The notes under the pieces: model-generated
What the model was told of the DNA's origin: nothing
Database searches by the model: none
Seen by the model: only the letters and a program-made list of their open reading frames with translations
Shown here: positions 45,725-54,978 of the stretch, in pieces
Layout: each line of letters starts with the position of its first letter
How positions within the stretch are numbered: the first letter of the stretch is position 1
NCBI GenBank assembly: GCA_023267435.1
Contig: JAHFNH010000003.1
Span: forward strand, 12,717-76,716
Origin: Candidatus Nomurabacteria bacterium
Lineage (GTDB): Bacteria; Patescibacteriota; Minisyncoccia; Phycocordibacterales; UBA9973
DNA: 64,000 nucleotides
Direction of reading: 5' to 3'
Translations under genes and position numbers: made by a program

Positions 45725-47833
45725 ATGAAAAAACAAGCCAAAAAACACAATAAAAACCATAAAACAAATAAAACGAGCAAATATAAGAGTTTCGATAGCA
45801 ATACCACACTTGAGGGAATCATATCTGTCACTGCTAAAGGAACCGGCTATGTAAAAATTACAGACGAAAAAAGAAGTCGCCTCCTCGGCGACCTGCCGGA
45901 GAGGCAGGATCCAGAAATTGATTTCCGACATTTAAACACTGCCCTGCACGGCGATATGGTTGAAATAAAACTACACCCAAAAGGACGCGGCCGACAAACG
46001 GCGGAAGTAGTGAAAATAATTTCACGCGCGAAAATAGGATTCGCGGGAGTTTTGGAAGAAGAAAATAAAATATTTTTCTTAAAGCCGGATGATACTAAAA
46101 TGTACACCGACATTCTCATTCCTGAAAAAATGCTAAATGGCGCAAAGGTTGGACAAAAAGTTTATGTCAAAATAATTTCATGGAAAGATTCACAGAAAGC
46201 ACCTGAAGGAGAAGTAAAAGAAATTCTAGGAGAACCTGGCGACAATGAAACAGAAATGCGCGCGATCGCCATTGAAAAAGGTTTCGGTTTTGAACTATCA
46301 AATAAATCAGAAAAAGAAGCTGAACAAATAAAACACAATGGGATTTCAGAAAAAGATTATGCAGACCGCCGAGATTTTCGAAATGTCCTGACTTTTACCA
46401 TCGATCCATATGATGCGAAAGATTTTGATGATGCAATTTCGTTCCGAAAGCTCCCCTCCTCAAATGAGGAGGGGTTTGGGGGTGGTAATTCAAAGAACCA
46501 CCTCGCCCTATCGGGCACTCCTCCTCAACAAGGAGGAGAAGAATTATATGAAATCGGCATCCATATTGCTGATGTCTCACACTATGTAAAACCTGGCAGC
46601 GAGCTAGATGAACAAGCGAGAGAACGAGGCACATCTGTTTATCTCGTTGATCGTACGATACCCATGCTCCCAGAATCTCTTTCCAATGACCTGTGTTCCC
46701 TAGTACCTGACAAAGACCGTCTCACGATGAGCGCAGTTTTTATAATAGACAAAGATGCAAAAGTAAAAGATCAATGGTTCGGGCGCACTGTGATTCATTC
46801 ACAAAAAAGATTTACTTATGAGGAAGCTGAAGTTTCAATCAACAACCCCACTGCACCGCTTCATACAGAACTTTTTATACTAAATGAATTGGCAAAAAAA
46901 TTTACTAAAGAAAGATTTGCCAAAGGTGCGATATCACTCGACCAAGAAGAAGTAAAATTCGTATTGGATGAAAATTCAGTACCGATAAAGGTTATCAAAA
47001 AAGAACGCGGAGACTCAAACAGACTTATTGAAGAATTCATGCTTTTAGCAAACAAAAAAGTCGCCGAGATAATTTCCAAGAGTGCAAAAAAAGAAGGAAT
47101 CAAAGATGTATTTGTATACAGAGTGCACGATGTACCTAGTAAAGAAAAGACAGAAGATTTGGCTTACTTCTTAAAAGGTTTAGGACACAAAGTTACCTTA
47201 AAAAATGGCGTCATACCATCAGACCAAATAAACAAACTTTTAAAAGATTTAATAGGAAAGGGTGAAAGAGATACTGTGAACCGCGCCGTTATCCGTTCGA
47301 TGGCTAAAGCTATTTACTCTACAAAAAATATCGGCCACTACGGACTAGCTTTTGAATACTATACTCACTTCACTTCCCCTATCCGACGTTATCCCGATGT
47401 TGTCGTACATAGACTTTTGGCAGATTTTCTAGCTGGACATAAAATACAAGGAGAAAAATTAAAAGAATATGCAGAAATTTCTAGAAAAGCTTCCGAACAA
47501 GAAAAACGTGCGTCTGATGCAGAACGTGCATCAATAAAATACAAACAAGTAGAATATATGTCTCTGCGTGTCGGAGAAATATTTGAAGGAGTAATCAGCG
47601 GAGTAAATGAATGGGGCATATACGTAGAAGAGTTAGAAACAAAATGCGAAGGCATGATACGCGTGCGAGATATGAAAGATGATTTTTATATGTTTAATGA
47701 AAAGAAGCTAGAACTTGTCGGACAAAAAAAGAAGAAAAAATATCGCCTCGGTGACCGCATTAAAATAAAAGTTAAACAAGTTGACCTAGAGAAAAAAACC
47801 ATAGATTATGAACTAAATGAATCCAAATCTTAA
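45725..47833 (+). CDS. rnr: ribonuclease R (RNB family 3'-5' exoribonuclease) with a C-terminal S1 domain
   Basis: OB/CSD N-terminus. RNB motifs FTIDPYDAKDFDDA...HIADVSHYV...VYLVDRTIPMLPE. S1 domain near the C-terminus. It carries a low-complexity Gly-rich insertion. Confidence 0.88.
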   Translation: MKKQAKKHNKNHKTNKTSKYKSFDSNTTLEGIISVTAKGTGYVKITDEKRSRLLGDLPERQDPEIDFRHLNTALHGDMVEIKLHPKGRGRQTAEVVKIISRAKIGFAGVLEEENKIFFLKPDDTKMYTDILIPEKMLNGAKVGQKVYVKIISWKDSQKAPEGEVKEILGEPGDNETEMRAIAIEKGFGFELSNKSEKEAEQIKHNGISEKDYADRRDFRNVLTFTIDPYDAKDFDDAISFRKLPSSNEEGFGGGNSKNHLALSGTPPQQGGEELYEIGIHIADVSHYVKPGSELDEQARERGTSVYLVDRTIPMLPESLSNDLCSLVPDKDRLTMSAVFIIDKDAKVKDQWFGRTVIHSQKRFTYEEAEVSINNPTAPLHTELFILNELAKKFTKERFAKGAISLDQEEVKFVLDENSVPIKVIKKERGDSNRLIEEFMLLANKKVAEIISKSAKKEGIKDVFVYRVHDVPSKEKTEDLAYFLKGLGHKVTLKNGVIPSDQINKLLKDLIGKGERDTVNRAVIRSMAKAIYSTKNIGHYGLAFEYYTHFTSPIRRYPDVVVHRLLADFLAGHKIQGEKLKEYAEISRKASEQEKRASDAERASIKYKQVEYMSLRVGEIFEGVISGVNEWGIYVEELETKCEGMIRVRDMKDDFYMFNEKKLELVGQKKKKKYRLGDRIKIKVKQVDLEKKTIDYELNESKS

Positions 47834-49700
47834 TTCAAAACTAAATTATTTTTTTTGGACAACCCTTTCAGTATTAATTGGTATTTTCATAGCTTTTGTC
47901 GCATTAAAAACTGCCGGTTATGAAAGAATCCGTCAAGAAAATAAACCTACACAAACACAAGGACAAATAATAGAAGACAACACTCAGAAATTTTTCTATT
48001 TTATTAAAGACCCGACCGAAGCACCAAAAGTAAATGCGGAAGCATATTTCATCGGTGACTTAGACACAGGTGAAATGATTTTAGAAAAAAATCAGAACCA
48101 AAAATTCCCCATCGCATCAGTGACAAAATTAATGACTGCGACAGTGTCCTCTGAAAATTTAGATCAAAACAGTACTACTCAGATATCAGCTCAAACTTTG
48201 GCAACTTACGGAAAAAATGGTAATTTTTATCTCGGTGAAAAAATAAAAGTTGGAGATCTTTTATACCCCCTCTTAATGGAATCCAGCAATGACGCAGCTG
48301 AAGCCATCGCGCGCTATTCTGGACGTAAAAGTTTTCTTCAACTAATGAATGAGAAAGCAAATAATCTGAACATGACTTCTACTTCTTTCGAAGACCCTAG
48401 CGGTCTTTCTCCAAACAACCAATCGACAACATTGGACTTATTCAAGTTAGCTCAATATATAAAAAATAAAGTTCCAGATTTATTAAAAGTTACGATCAAC
48501 CACAGCTACAAAAGTCCAAAACATGTTTGGTTCAGCACTAATCAATTTATTCATGAGAACGGCTATCAAGGCGGAAAAAGTGGATATATCGACGAAGCAA
48601 AACAAACAGTCATTTCTACCTTTACCCTTCCCGTATCCAAAGACCAATCACGCAATATCGCTATTGTTCTACTCCGCAGTCCGGACAGATACAAAGACGT
48701 AGAAAATATTTTGAAATATCTAAAGAAAAATGTTTATTATGGCATGGAGACTGACGCACAATCTGATTGGGTAAAACAAAAAGAAAGTATCTCAGATGAA
48801 TATACGCAAGATTACTTAAACCTCATGTTTACCGGAGACATCATGCTCGATCGCGGAGTTAAAAGCTCTGTCATGAAAAATTTCGACGGAGATTATTCCG
48901 CGATGTTTGCTAATTTAGATATATTTAAAAAAGCTAATATAGTTTTTGGAAATCTAGAAGGTCCTGCATCAGACCAAGGAGAAGATAAACATAATCTGTA
49001 TTCATTCAGAATGGATCCCTCAGTTGTTCCCGCTCTCAAAGGCGCTGGGTTCGATATCGTATCAGTTGCGAATAACCATGTCGGTGATTGGGGTCGAATC
49101 GCTTATGAAGACACACTGGATAGCCTAAAAGAAAATGAAATTCTTTACACGGGCGGAGGTAAAAATTCACATGAAGCCGAACAGCCGACAGTTATAGAAA
49201 AATATGGAATGAAAATAGGCTACCTGGGGTTCTCAGATGTTGGACCAAATTGGATGGAAGCTACAGATAATTCTTCTGGCTTATTATTGGCAAACAATCC
49301 GCGTTTCGATGAAATAATCCAAAATGCTTCTAAACAAGTTGATTTTCTTGTGGTATCTTTCCATTTCGGTGATGAATACAAAAACACGCATAATGACAGA
49401 CAAGAATATTTAGCGCACAAAGCTATTGATGACGGAGCGAAAATAATAATCGGTACTCACCCGCACGTCGTGGAAGACACGGAAGTTTATAAAAAAGGAT
49501 TCATTGCTTACTCTTTGGGTAATTTAATTTTCGACCAATATTTTTCAGAAAATACAATGCAAGGAATGCTGCTTGAAATAAAATTAAATAAAAATGGTTC
49601 TATGTCTATCTTTAAAGATATCGTAAAACTCAATCACGTCTTTCAGCCAGAAACAGTAATAAAAGGCAAAGAAGAAAAAATTAAATTCCAAAATCTCTAA
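47817..49700 (+). CDS. fusion protein: N-terminal serine-type D-Ala-D-Ala carboxypeptidase (peptidase S11-like) fused to a C-terminal CapA/PGA-family metallophosphatase domain
   Basis: N-terminal TM. SVTK is an SxxK motif and SSN is an SxN motif. The C-terminal half FTGDIMLDRG...VANNHVGDWG...GTHPHV matches CapA. Confidence 0.75.
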   Translation: MNPNLNSKLNYFFWTTLSVLIGIFIAFVALKTAGYERIRQENKPTQTQGQIIEDNTQKFFYFIKDPTEAPKVNAEAYFIGDLDTGEMILEKNQNQKFPIASVTKLMTATVSSENLDQNSTTQISAQTLATYGKNGNFYLGEKIKVGDLLYPLLMESSNDAAEAIARYSGRKSFLQLMNEKANNLNMTSTSFEDPSGLSPNNQSTTLDLFKLAQYIKNKVPDLLKVTINHSYKSPKHVWFSTNQFIHENGYQGGKSGYIDEAKQTVISTFTLPVSKDQSRNIAIVLLRSPDRYKDVENILKYLKKNVYYGMETDAQSDWVKQKESISDEYTQDYLNLMFTGDIMLDRGVKSSVMKNFDGDYSAMFANLDIFKKANIVFGNLEGPASDQGEDKHNLYSFRMDPSVVPALKGAGFDIVSVANNHVGDWGRIAYEDTLDSLKENEILYTGGGKNSHEAEQPTVIEKYGMKIGYLGFSDVGPNWMEATDNSSGLLLANNPRFDEIIQNASKQVDFLVVSFHFGDEYKNTHNDRQEYLAHKAIDDGAKIIIGTHPHVVEDTEVYKKGFIAYSLGNLIFDQYFSENTMQGMLLEIKLNKNGSMSIFKDIVKLNHVFQPETVIKGKEEKIKFQNL

Positions 49701-49710
49701 AAACACAATA

Positions 49711-49748
49711 AAAAAAGGCTCATCATCAATAATGATGAGCCTTTAAAT
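49711..49748. terminator. bidirectional intrinsic terminator
   Basis: AAAAAGGCTCATCATcaataATGATGAGCCTTTAAAT. Confidence 0.75.
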
Positions 49749-49762
49749 AAAAAAATTAAATT

Positions 49763-50212
49763 TCACCTGTTGAGTACTAAATTTTTATTTTCGTTTACCT
49801 GAAAAAGAAAATTCTCATACCCTCTTTTAACAACATCGAAGTCTTTTGAACTTTTGATAAGAAGCCTTTTGTTTGTGATAAAAAATAAATTCTTATCACA
49901 GGATCCTTTACAAAACAGCAGACACCGGATATTTCCGACAGAACCTTTTGGAGATTCTACTCCCTTTTCATTAGTCCTGCTGGTAGTCATTTTACATTCA
50001 TTTCCTTCTTTGTCGATATAAGTGAAGAAAAAGGAACAGGGATTTTTTTTACTTATTACCTGACCGTTTTTTTCTATGTATGTCACTAACTTTTTAAAAT
50101 TTTCGTCACCGACAGATACCTGCGGTTGAGATTTTTTTATTTCAATAGTAGCACTACTGAAAACAAACGCCATTAAGGCTGCGAATAAAAATGAAGTTGT
50201 CTTTTTCATGGT
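49763..50212 (-). CDS. secreted hypothetical protein (the start is MKKTT; the longer ORF is less likely)
   Basis: Signal peptide MKKTTSFLFAALMAFVFSSA, then a Cys-containing domain of about 130 aa. Confidence 0.5.
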   Translation of the reverse strand, partial: TMKKTTSFLFAALMAFVFSSATIEIKKSQPQVSVGDENFKKLVTYIEKNGQVISKKNPCSFFFTYIDKEGNECKMTTSRTNEKGVESPKGSVGNIRCLLFCKGSCDKNLFFITNKRLLIKSSKDFDVVKRGYENFLFQVNENKNLVLNR

Positions 50213-50332
50213 ATGTGATTTTTTGATATTGGTTTTATTTGGTTTATTCAATCCCCTCAATAGGAACTCAATAGACCAAACAAAACAACACAACTAAAAA
50301 ACCTTATCTCAAGGTACAATTTAACTGGTTGT

Positions 50333-50362
50333 ATTATAGCACACTATATAGGTAAAAGTCAA
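50333..50362 (-). promoter_or_regulatory. sigma-70-type promoter (TTGACT-18-TATAAT), preceded by a GGGCatctaGCCC hairpin
   Basis: Minus-strand read: ...TAA gctttatttataaGGGCatctaGCCCTTGACTtttacctatatagtgtgcTATAAT. Confidence 0.6.
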
Positions 50363-50388
50363 GGGCTAGATGCCCTTATAAATAAAGC

Positions 50389-50916
50389 TTATTTGCCACT
50401 AAACTTCTCTTTCCATTGTTTTACGCAATTATTGATTTCTTGACTATAAACATCCGTAAATATTTCATATAAAGCCTTACCGACAATATATCTCGCATAT
50501 TTTTCCTTATCCTCCAGAGAATTTTTATCCATTTTGCCACTGATTATGCTGTAGCCATTTTCATTGAAAATATCGACGGCTTTATTCTTGTCAGATATAA
50601 CTCCTGATACTTGAGTTTCTTTAAAATTACATAACCAATCTAAAAGCACTTCTTGATTGTTAAAATCGATACTGGAAAGATCTTCAACTAATTTATCCGC
50701 TTCCCTTTCCTTTTCTTCTACATCCTTTTTTATTCTTTCCTTATATTCTTTAAAATTACGGCTATCTAAAATCTTCTTGTTTTCTTTTTCATAGAGAGAA
50801 TCCAAACTTTCTGAACGGACAGTATCCTCTTCAGTTGATTCATCTTCAAGAACAAGAGTCTCCTCATTATTCAATGGTACTTTTTCAAAATTATCTCCGT
50901 TAAATTTCATATTCAT
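50389..50916 (-). CDS. acidic hypothetical protein
   Basis: 175-aa ORF, Glu/Asp/Lys-rich. Confidence 0.5.
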   Translation of the reverse strand: MNMKFNGDNFEKVPLNNEETLVLEDESTEEDTVRSESLDSLYEKENKKILDSRNFKEYKERIKKDVEEKEREADKLVEDLSSIDFNNQEVLLDWLCNFKETQVSGVISDKNKAVDIFNENGYSIISGKMDKNSLEDKEKYARYIVGKALYEIFTDVYSQEINNCVKQWKEKFSGK

Positions 50917-50987
50917 AAATATATCTCTTTAATTAATAAAACTTATTGTTTTTCAATTATAACATAAATTATAAAAATTCACAATAA

Positions 50988-51021
50988 AAAATCCCCTGAC
51001 AAAATGCCAGAGGATTGTAAA
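50988..51021 (-). terminator. intrinsic terminator for 51023-51427
   Basis: Minus-strand read: ATCCTCTGgcattttgtCAGGGGATTTTTTATTG. Confidence 0.65.
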
Positions 51022-51022
51022 C

Positions 51023-51427
51023 TTAAGAAGCGAAACGTTTAATATTTTGTGAGCATAATTCATTTTGTATTTCATCAACTCTTTTTATCAAATCAAAATC
51101 ATTAAAATCAATGCCTATCCTCTTAGCCTTTATCAGTTCAACAGAAATTTTAATCCTATTTTCTTCTATATGAAGATATTCGAATATTTTAAGATTCTCT
51201 TCGATATTAGATAATCTTTTATTGCAATCTTCAATAACGCCCGGCTTTTCTTTCAACTTGTGTTCAATAGTTACCCGTCTTTTTTCCAGCTCGCGCTCAA
51301 TAAATTCTTTCTTTTTCTTTTTCGTTTCTTCCGAAACATAAGGCACCATATTTCTTTTAAAGAAAGAACCGATGCTTTTGATTATTCTGCTCCATCTAGA
51401 TTCTTTAGGTAATACTTCTCTTATCAT
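51023..51427 (-). CDS. hypothetical protein (basic, coiled-coil-like)
   Basis: 134-aa ORF. Confidence 0.5.
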   Translation of the reverse strand: MIREVLPKESRWSRIIKSIGSFFKRNMVPYVSEETKKKKKEFIERELEKRRVTIEHKLKEKPGVIEDCNKRLSNIEENLKIFEYLHIEENRIKISVELIKAKRIGIDFNDFDLIKRVDEIQNELCSQNIKRFAS

Positions 51428-51486
51428 CTTATTTAGTTATTAAAGGTTTAAAAATTAGTGAATTGTCAAAATTTTTTAAAAAGCAA

Positions 51487-52005
51487 TCAAATACGCACTG
51501 CGAGAAATTTATAAAAAGTTCCGTTCCACTTTCCTTCTGAAGGGTACAACTCTATGGTTATTCCCCGCTTGTCATTAATGGTAACTGGCACACTTTTAAA
51601 ACCGCCATACATAATTTCTGAACCGAGAGCAACGACACCTGAACCAAAAGCTATTTCATTTTGAATTCCGAAAGATTGAGACTCTTTAACTGTCGCTCCA
51701 CGCATTTTATTTTCTTGAATCCAAGATAAAATTTCCTTAGAAGAAAATAAACCGGGAAAAGAAATCAGTACCCCATTCAATGTATCTGTACCTGTAATTT
51801 TTTCTTGTTTAAACATCTTGCTGGAAATTTCTTTTTTAGAAACAAGATAATTTCCGAGCGTATCAAATTTTTCAATACTATTTCTGTAATCAACATAAAA
51901 CTTCACAGGTTCCTGAATGGGTTTATTGTCAAAAACAGAGAAACTAAAAGAAAACACGCCGGTAACTATTACCAGCAGTGTGCTAACTAATTTTACCTTT
52001 TTCAT
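51487..52005 (-). CDS. secreted hypothetical protein
   Basis: Signal peptide MKKVKLVSTLLVIVTGVFSFSFS. Confidence 0.55.
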   Translation of the reverse strand: MKKVKLVSTLLVIVTGVFSFSFSVFDNKPIQEPVKFYVDYRNSIEKFDTLGNYLVSKKEISSKMFKQEKITGTDTLNGVLISFPGLFSSKEILSWIQENKMRGATVKESQSFGIQNEIAFGSGVVALGSEIMYGGFKSVPVTINDKRGITIELYPSEGKWNGTFYKFLAVRI

Positions 52006-52086
52006 ATTATATTTTTTAGATTTATTTCGAAGGACTATATATTAACCAAACTTTACCATATTTTATACAAAAATCAAGCAAATAAA

Positions 52087-52125
52087 AAAACTCGCCTTGT
52101 TTTTACAAGAGCGAGTTTTGTATTT
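52087..52125 (-). terminator. intrinsic terminator for 52138-52404
   Basis: Minus-strand read: ACTCGCTCTTGTAAAAACAAGGCGAGTTTTTTTATTT. Confidence 0.7.
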
Positions 52126-52137
52126 TTTGAATGAGTA

Positions 52138-52404
52138 TTAGGAAACCTTTTCCCATTCTAATTCACTGCTTAAAATGTAATTTTCACCAACATTTAATTT
52201 TGTTGTAAGCGTATTTAAAATAAAACATTCAGCATCCTCTGTTTGGATAACACAACGTAAATCCAAACTCTTTCCATCTTTTGACAAATCATAAAGTATT
52301 TTTATCTTACTACCAATTTCAATGTCTTTTTTATTAAGGCTCTTTCCCTTTCCTTTCATTTCTCCTTTTATTTCATATAGAAATGTCACCAACATTAAAA
52401 ACAT
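52138..52404 (-). CDS. hypothetical protein, possibly the 3' part of a frameshifted gene whose 5' part is at 52410-52541
   Basis: 88-aa ORF. A 43-aa signal/TM ORF (MKKKNNLFKFLAIGSAFIQIALIWF...) ends 5 nt upstream in another frame. Confidence 0.45.
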   Translation of the reverse strand: MFLMLVTFLYEIKGEMKGKGKSLNKKDIEIGSKIKILYDLSKDGKSLDLRCVIQTEDAECFILNTLTTKLNVGENYILSSELEWEKVS

Positions 52405-52409
52405 AAAAA

Positions 52410-52541
52410 CTAATATAATGGGAGTAAAATACGAGGATATTCTTTAAGAAAAGAGTCCTGAGTGGTAAACCAAATTAACGCTATTTGAATGAACGCTGAT
52501 CCAATTGCCAGGAATTTAAATAGATTATTTTTCTTTTTCAT
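52410..52541 (-). CDS. 43-aa hydrophobic ORF, possibly the N-terminus of a frameshifted secreted protein
   Basis: MKKKNNLFKFLAIGSAFIQIALIWFTTQDSFLKEYPRILLPLY. An aaaaa homopolymer lies at the junction. Confidence 0.35.
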   Translation of the reverse strand: MKKKNNLFKFLAIGSAFIQIALIWFTTQDSFLKEYPRILLPLY

Positions 52542-52660
52542 CTTATTTAGGGTTTAAGTTATTTAACATTTATTAGGTTCTCTCAATCTCCATAAAGAAA
52601 CTGGAAGAACCTAACAAATCTAACTAAACACCCATATATCAAAGAGCCATCTACATAAAA

Positions 52661-52689
52661 ATTGTATCATATTTATATGTAAAAGTCAA
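52661..52689 (-). promoter_or_regulatory. sigma-70-type promoter (TTGACT-17-TACAAT), homologous to the promoter region at 50333-50362
   Basis: Minus-strand read: ...TAA accttattttataagcacaaaatagcTTGACTtttacatataaatatgaTACAAT. Confidence 0.55.
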
Positions 52690-52715
52690 GCTATTTTGTG
52701 CTTATAAAATAAGGT

Positions 52716-54977
52716 TTATTTTGCAATAGCTTGAGCTTCGTCGAACTTAATAGACAACAACTTAGAAGCGCCATCGGCACCGATAGTGACGCCATAGAGC
52801 ACTCCTGCGCGAGACATTGTCTCTCTGTTGTGAGTGATGACGATAAGCTGAGAACGCTTGGAAAGTTTCTCGAGCATATCTCCGTATTTACGAGAGTTTG
52901 ATTCATCTAGAGCTGCGTCGGTTTCATCTAGGACTAGAAATGGTGGTGGATTCACCTGAGACATAGAGAAAAGCAAAGCGATAGAAGTCAGAGACCTCTC
53001 TCCTCCAGAGAGTGCATGAAGTTCTTTCACTTTCTTATGCGGAAGCGAGACATTTATCTCAATGCCGTGTTCAAAAACAATTCCGTTTTCATTTTCTTCT
53101 TCATCATCTTCCATTTCTTCTTCATTTATTTCTTCTCCATTTTTACTTTTCTTCTTTCTCTTCTGTTCAGCTACCACTGCTAAAAAAGCAGAACCTCCGC
53201 CGAACATAAGCGAGAAAAATTCTTGAAATTCAGTATTTATTTTCTTTATGCCTTCTTTGAACGAAATATCTATTTTCTCTTTCAGGTCGATCATTAATTT
53301 TCGCAATGACTCAATACTGACTGCCAAATCTTCCATTTCTTTCATTAGGAATTTCTCTCGATCAGCAACTTCATTATATTCTTTCAATATCTCGCTTCCC
53401 CCGCCAAGGCCGGCATCTTCTAATTTTATTTTTATTCTTTCTATCTTTCTCTTTTGCTCGTCTTGAGCAAATTCGTTGATTTCTCCAGAAATTTCAAAAT
53501 TCTTATAGGACAAAACATCCACGCCTATAAGAGCAGAACCTTCTTTAATTTCATTTTCAAAAGCTTCAGATCTGCGAGACAAATTCTCTTCTTTTACTAA
53601 GATAATATTAAGTGAAGCAGAAAGTTCTTGTTGTTTTACTCGATAAGTGAATTTTTCTCTTTCTTTTATTCTTGTCTCTTCATTTTCTGAATCTATTTCC
53701 CTTCTTAAATTCACTGCTTGAGTATTTATTTTATCTTCTTCATTTTGAATATTTTGTATTTCAGTTAAAATTCCAGCTTGAGTATTTTTCAAATTATCTA
53801 TTTCTTCTGAATTGGAAGTATTTTCTAGTTGTTCTGGTTTCTGATTGAATTTATTTAAAATAATCTTAATACGGCTTAAAATAGCTGACACTTCTGCCAA
53901 GCTATCTTTATCGAGCGCTTCATCGATATAATTATTCACCTCGCTGACTATCTTTAATACTTCTTCATGGGAAACGACATGCGCCTGTTGTGGAGCTTTT
54001 TGGGCACGGCGCTCTTCCATTTCGATCATTCCTTCGATGCGTCCGAGCTTGCGATCTAGTTCACCCTTCAAACTTCTGATCTCAGAAATTTTCCGATCCA
54101 GATTTCTAAGTTCTTCGTTTTTTGGATTTTCTTGAATTGTACCTGCATCTTCTATACTGGAAATTTTTCCAGCAATATCTGCCATTTCTATTTGGATTTT
54201 ATTTTTTTCTGAATTTAATGCTGACTTTTGATTTTCTAAATAAACACTCTCTTTTTTCAAATATTCGCGGTAAAGATTTGAAAGATCTATTTTCATTTCT
54301 TTTGCTTTCTCGAATTTTTCCACCTGACGCTTTAAGAAATTTAAATGCGGAGTTATTTCTTTACGGATCAAAGAAACCTCTTTCATATTATTGGTGGTGC
54401 GATCTAGCTTCCTTTCAGCTTCTTTTATTTTGTACTGATATATTTTGAGTCCCAACGCATCTTCGATCATTTCTCTTCTGTCTTTAGGCGATGCATTCAA
54501 AATCCTGTCTGCTTCTCCTTGTGAGATGATATGGTGTCCGGAAGAACCAATATTCACAGAAGCTAAAAGATTATTGATGTCTTTCAATCTAACTTCTGAA
54601 CCATTTAAAATATATTTATTCAAACCATCAGCATACACTTCTCGAGAAATAGAGATCTCATCATAATTTAAATTTATATTCTCTCCCGATTCATTTTCTA
54701 ATTTGAAAACTTTATCTTTATTGTCGAAAAAAATAGTAACGACGGCTCGAGTGCCTTTCGGTAAATTTTTAGAACCTTTAAAAATAAGATCAGTGCCAGA
54801 CTTTCCGCGCATTGATTTCATGGACTGTTCGCCTAAGACGAAACGAAAAGACTCAAGAACGTTTGATTTTCCAGAACCATTCGGACCCACCACCGAGACA
54901 ACGGGACTCAAAAATTCCAAAGATGTTTTTTTTGCAAATGATTTAAAACCGTTTATTTCTAATGATTTTAATCTCAT
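52716..54977 (-). CDS. smc: SMC-family chromosome segregation ATPase, short form of 753 aa
   Basis: N-terminal Walker A GPNGSGKSN, long coiled coils, C-terminal LSGGERSLTSIALLF and Walker B FLVLDETDAALD. It lies immediately downstream of rnc. Confidence 0.8.
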   Translation of the reverse strand: MRLKSLEINGFKSFAKKTSLEFLSPVVSVVGPNGSGKSNVLESFRFVLGEQSMKSMRGKSGTDLIFKGSKNLPKGTRAVVTIFFDNKDKVFKLENESGENINLNYDEISISREVYADGLNKYILNGSEVRLKDINNLLASVNIGSSGHHIISQGEADRILNASPKDRREMIEDALGLKIYQYKIKEAERKLDRTTNNMKEVSLIRKEITPHLNFLKRQVEKFEKAKEMKIDLSNLYREYLKKESVYLENQKSALNSEKNKIQIEMADIAGKISSIEDAGTIQENPKNEELRNLDRKISEIRSLKGELDRKLGRIEGMIEMEERRAQKAPQQAHVVSHEEVLKIVSEVNNYIDEALDKDSLAEVSAILSRIKIILNKFNQKPEQLENTSNSEEIDNLKNTQAGILTEIQNIQNEEDKINTQAVNLRREIDSENEETRIKEREKFTYRVKQQELSASLNIILVKEENLSRRSEAFENEIKEGSALIGVDVLSYKNFEISGEINEFAQDEQKRKIERIKIKLEDAGLGGGSEILKEYNEVADREKFLMKEMEDLAVSIESLRKLMIDLKEKIDISFKEGIKKINTEFQEFFSLMFGGGSAFLAVVAEQKRKKKSKNGEEINEEEMEDDEEENENGIVFEHGIEINVSLPHKKVKELHALSGGERSLTSIALLFSMSQVNPPPFLVLDETDAALDESNSRKYGDMLEKLSKRSQLIVITHNRETMSRAGVLYGVTIGADGASKLLSIKFDEAQAIAK

Positions 54978-54978
54978 A

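Noticed and set aside
52578-52620. A 9-bp perfect inverted repeat (TTAGGTTCT-N24-AGAACCTAA) as an smc terminator.
   Set aside because: It lies downstream of the TTGACT-17-TACAAT promoter, within the 5' leader of the small ORF, and has no following U-tract. It is more likely a leader structure than a terminator, and the evidence is too weak to annotate as a feature.
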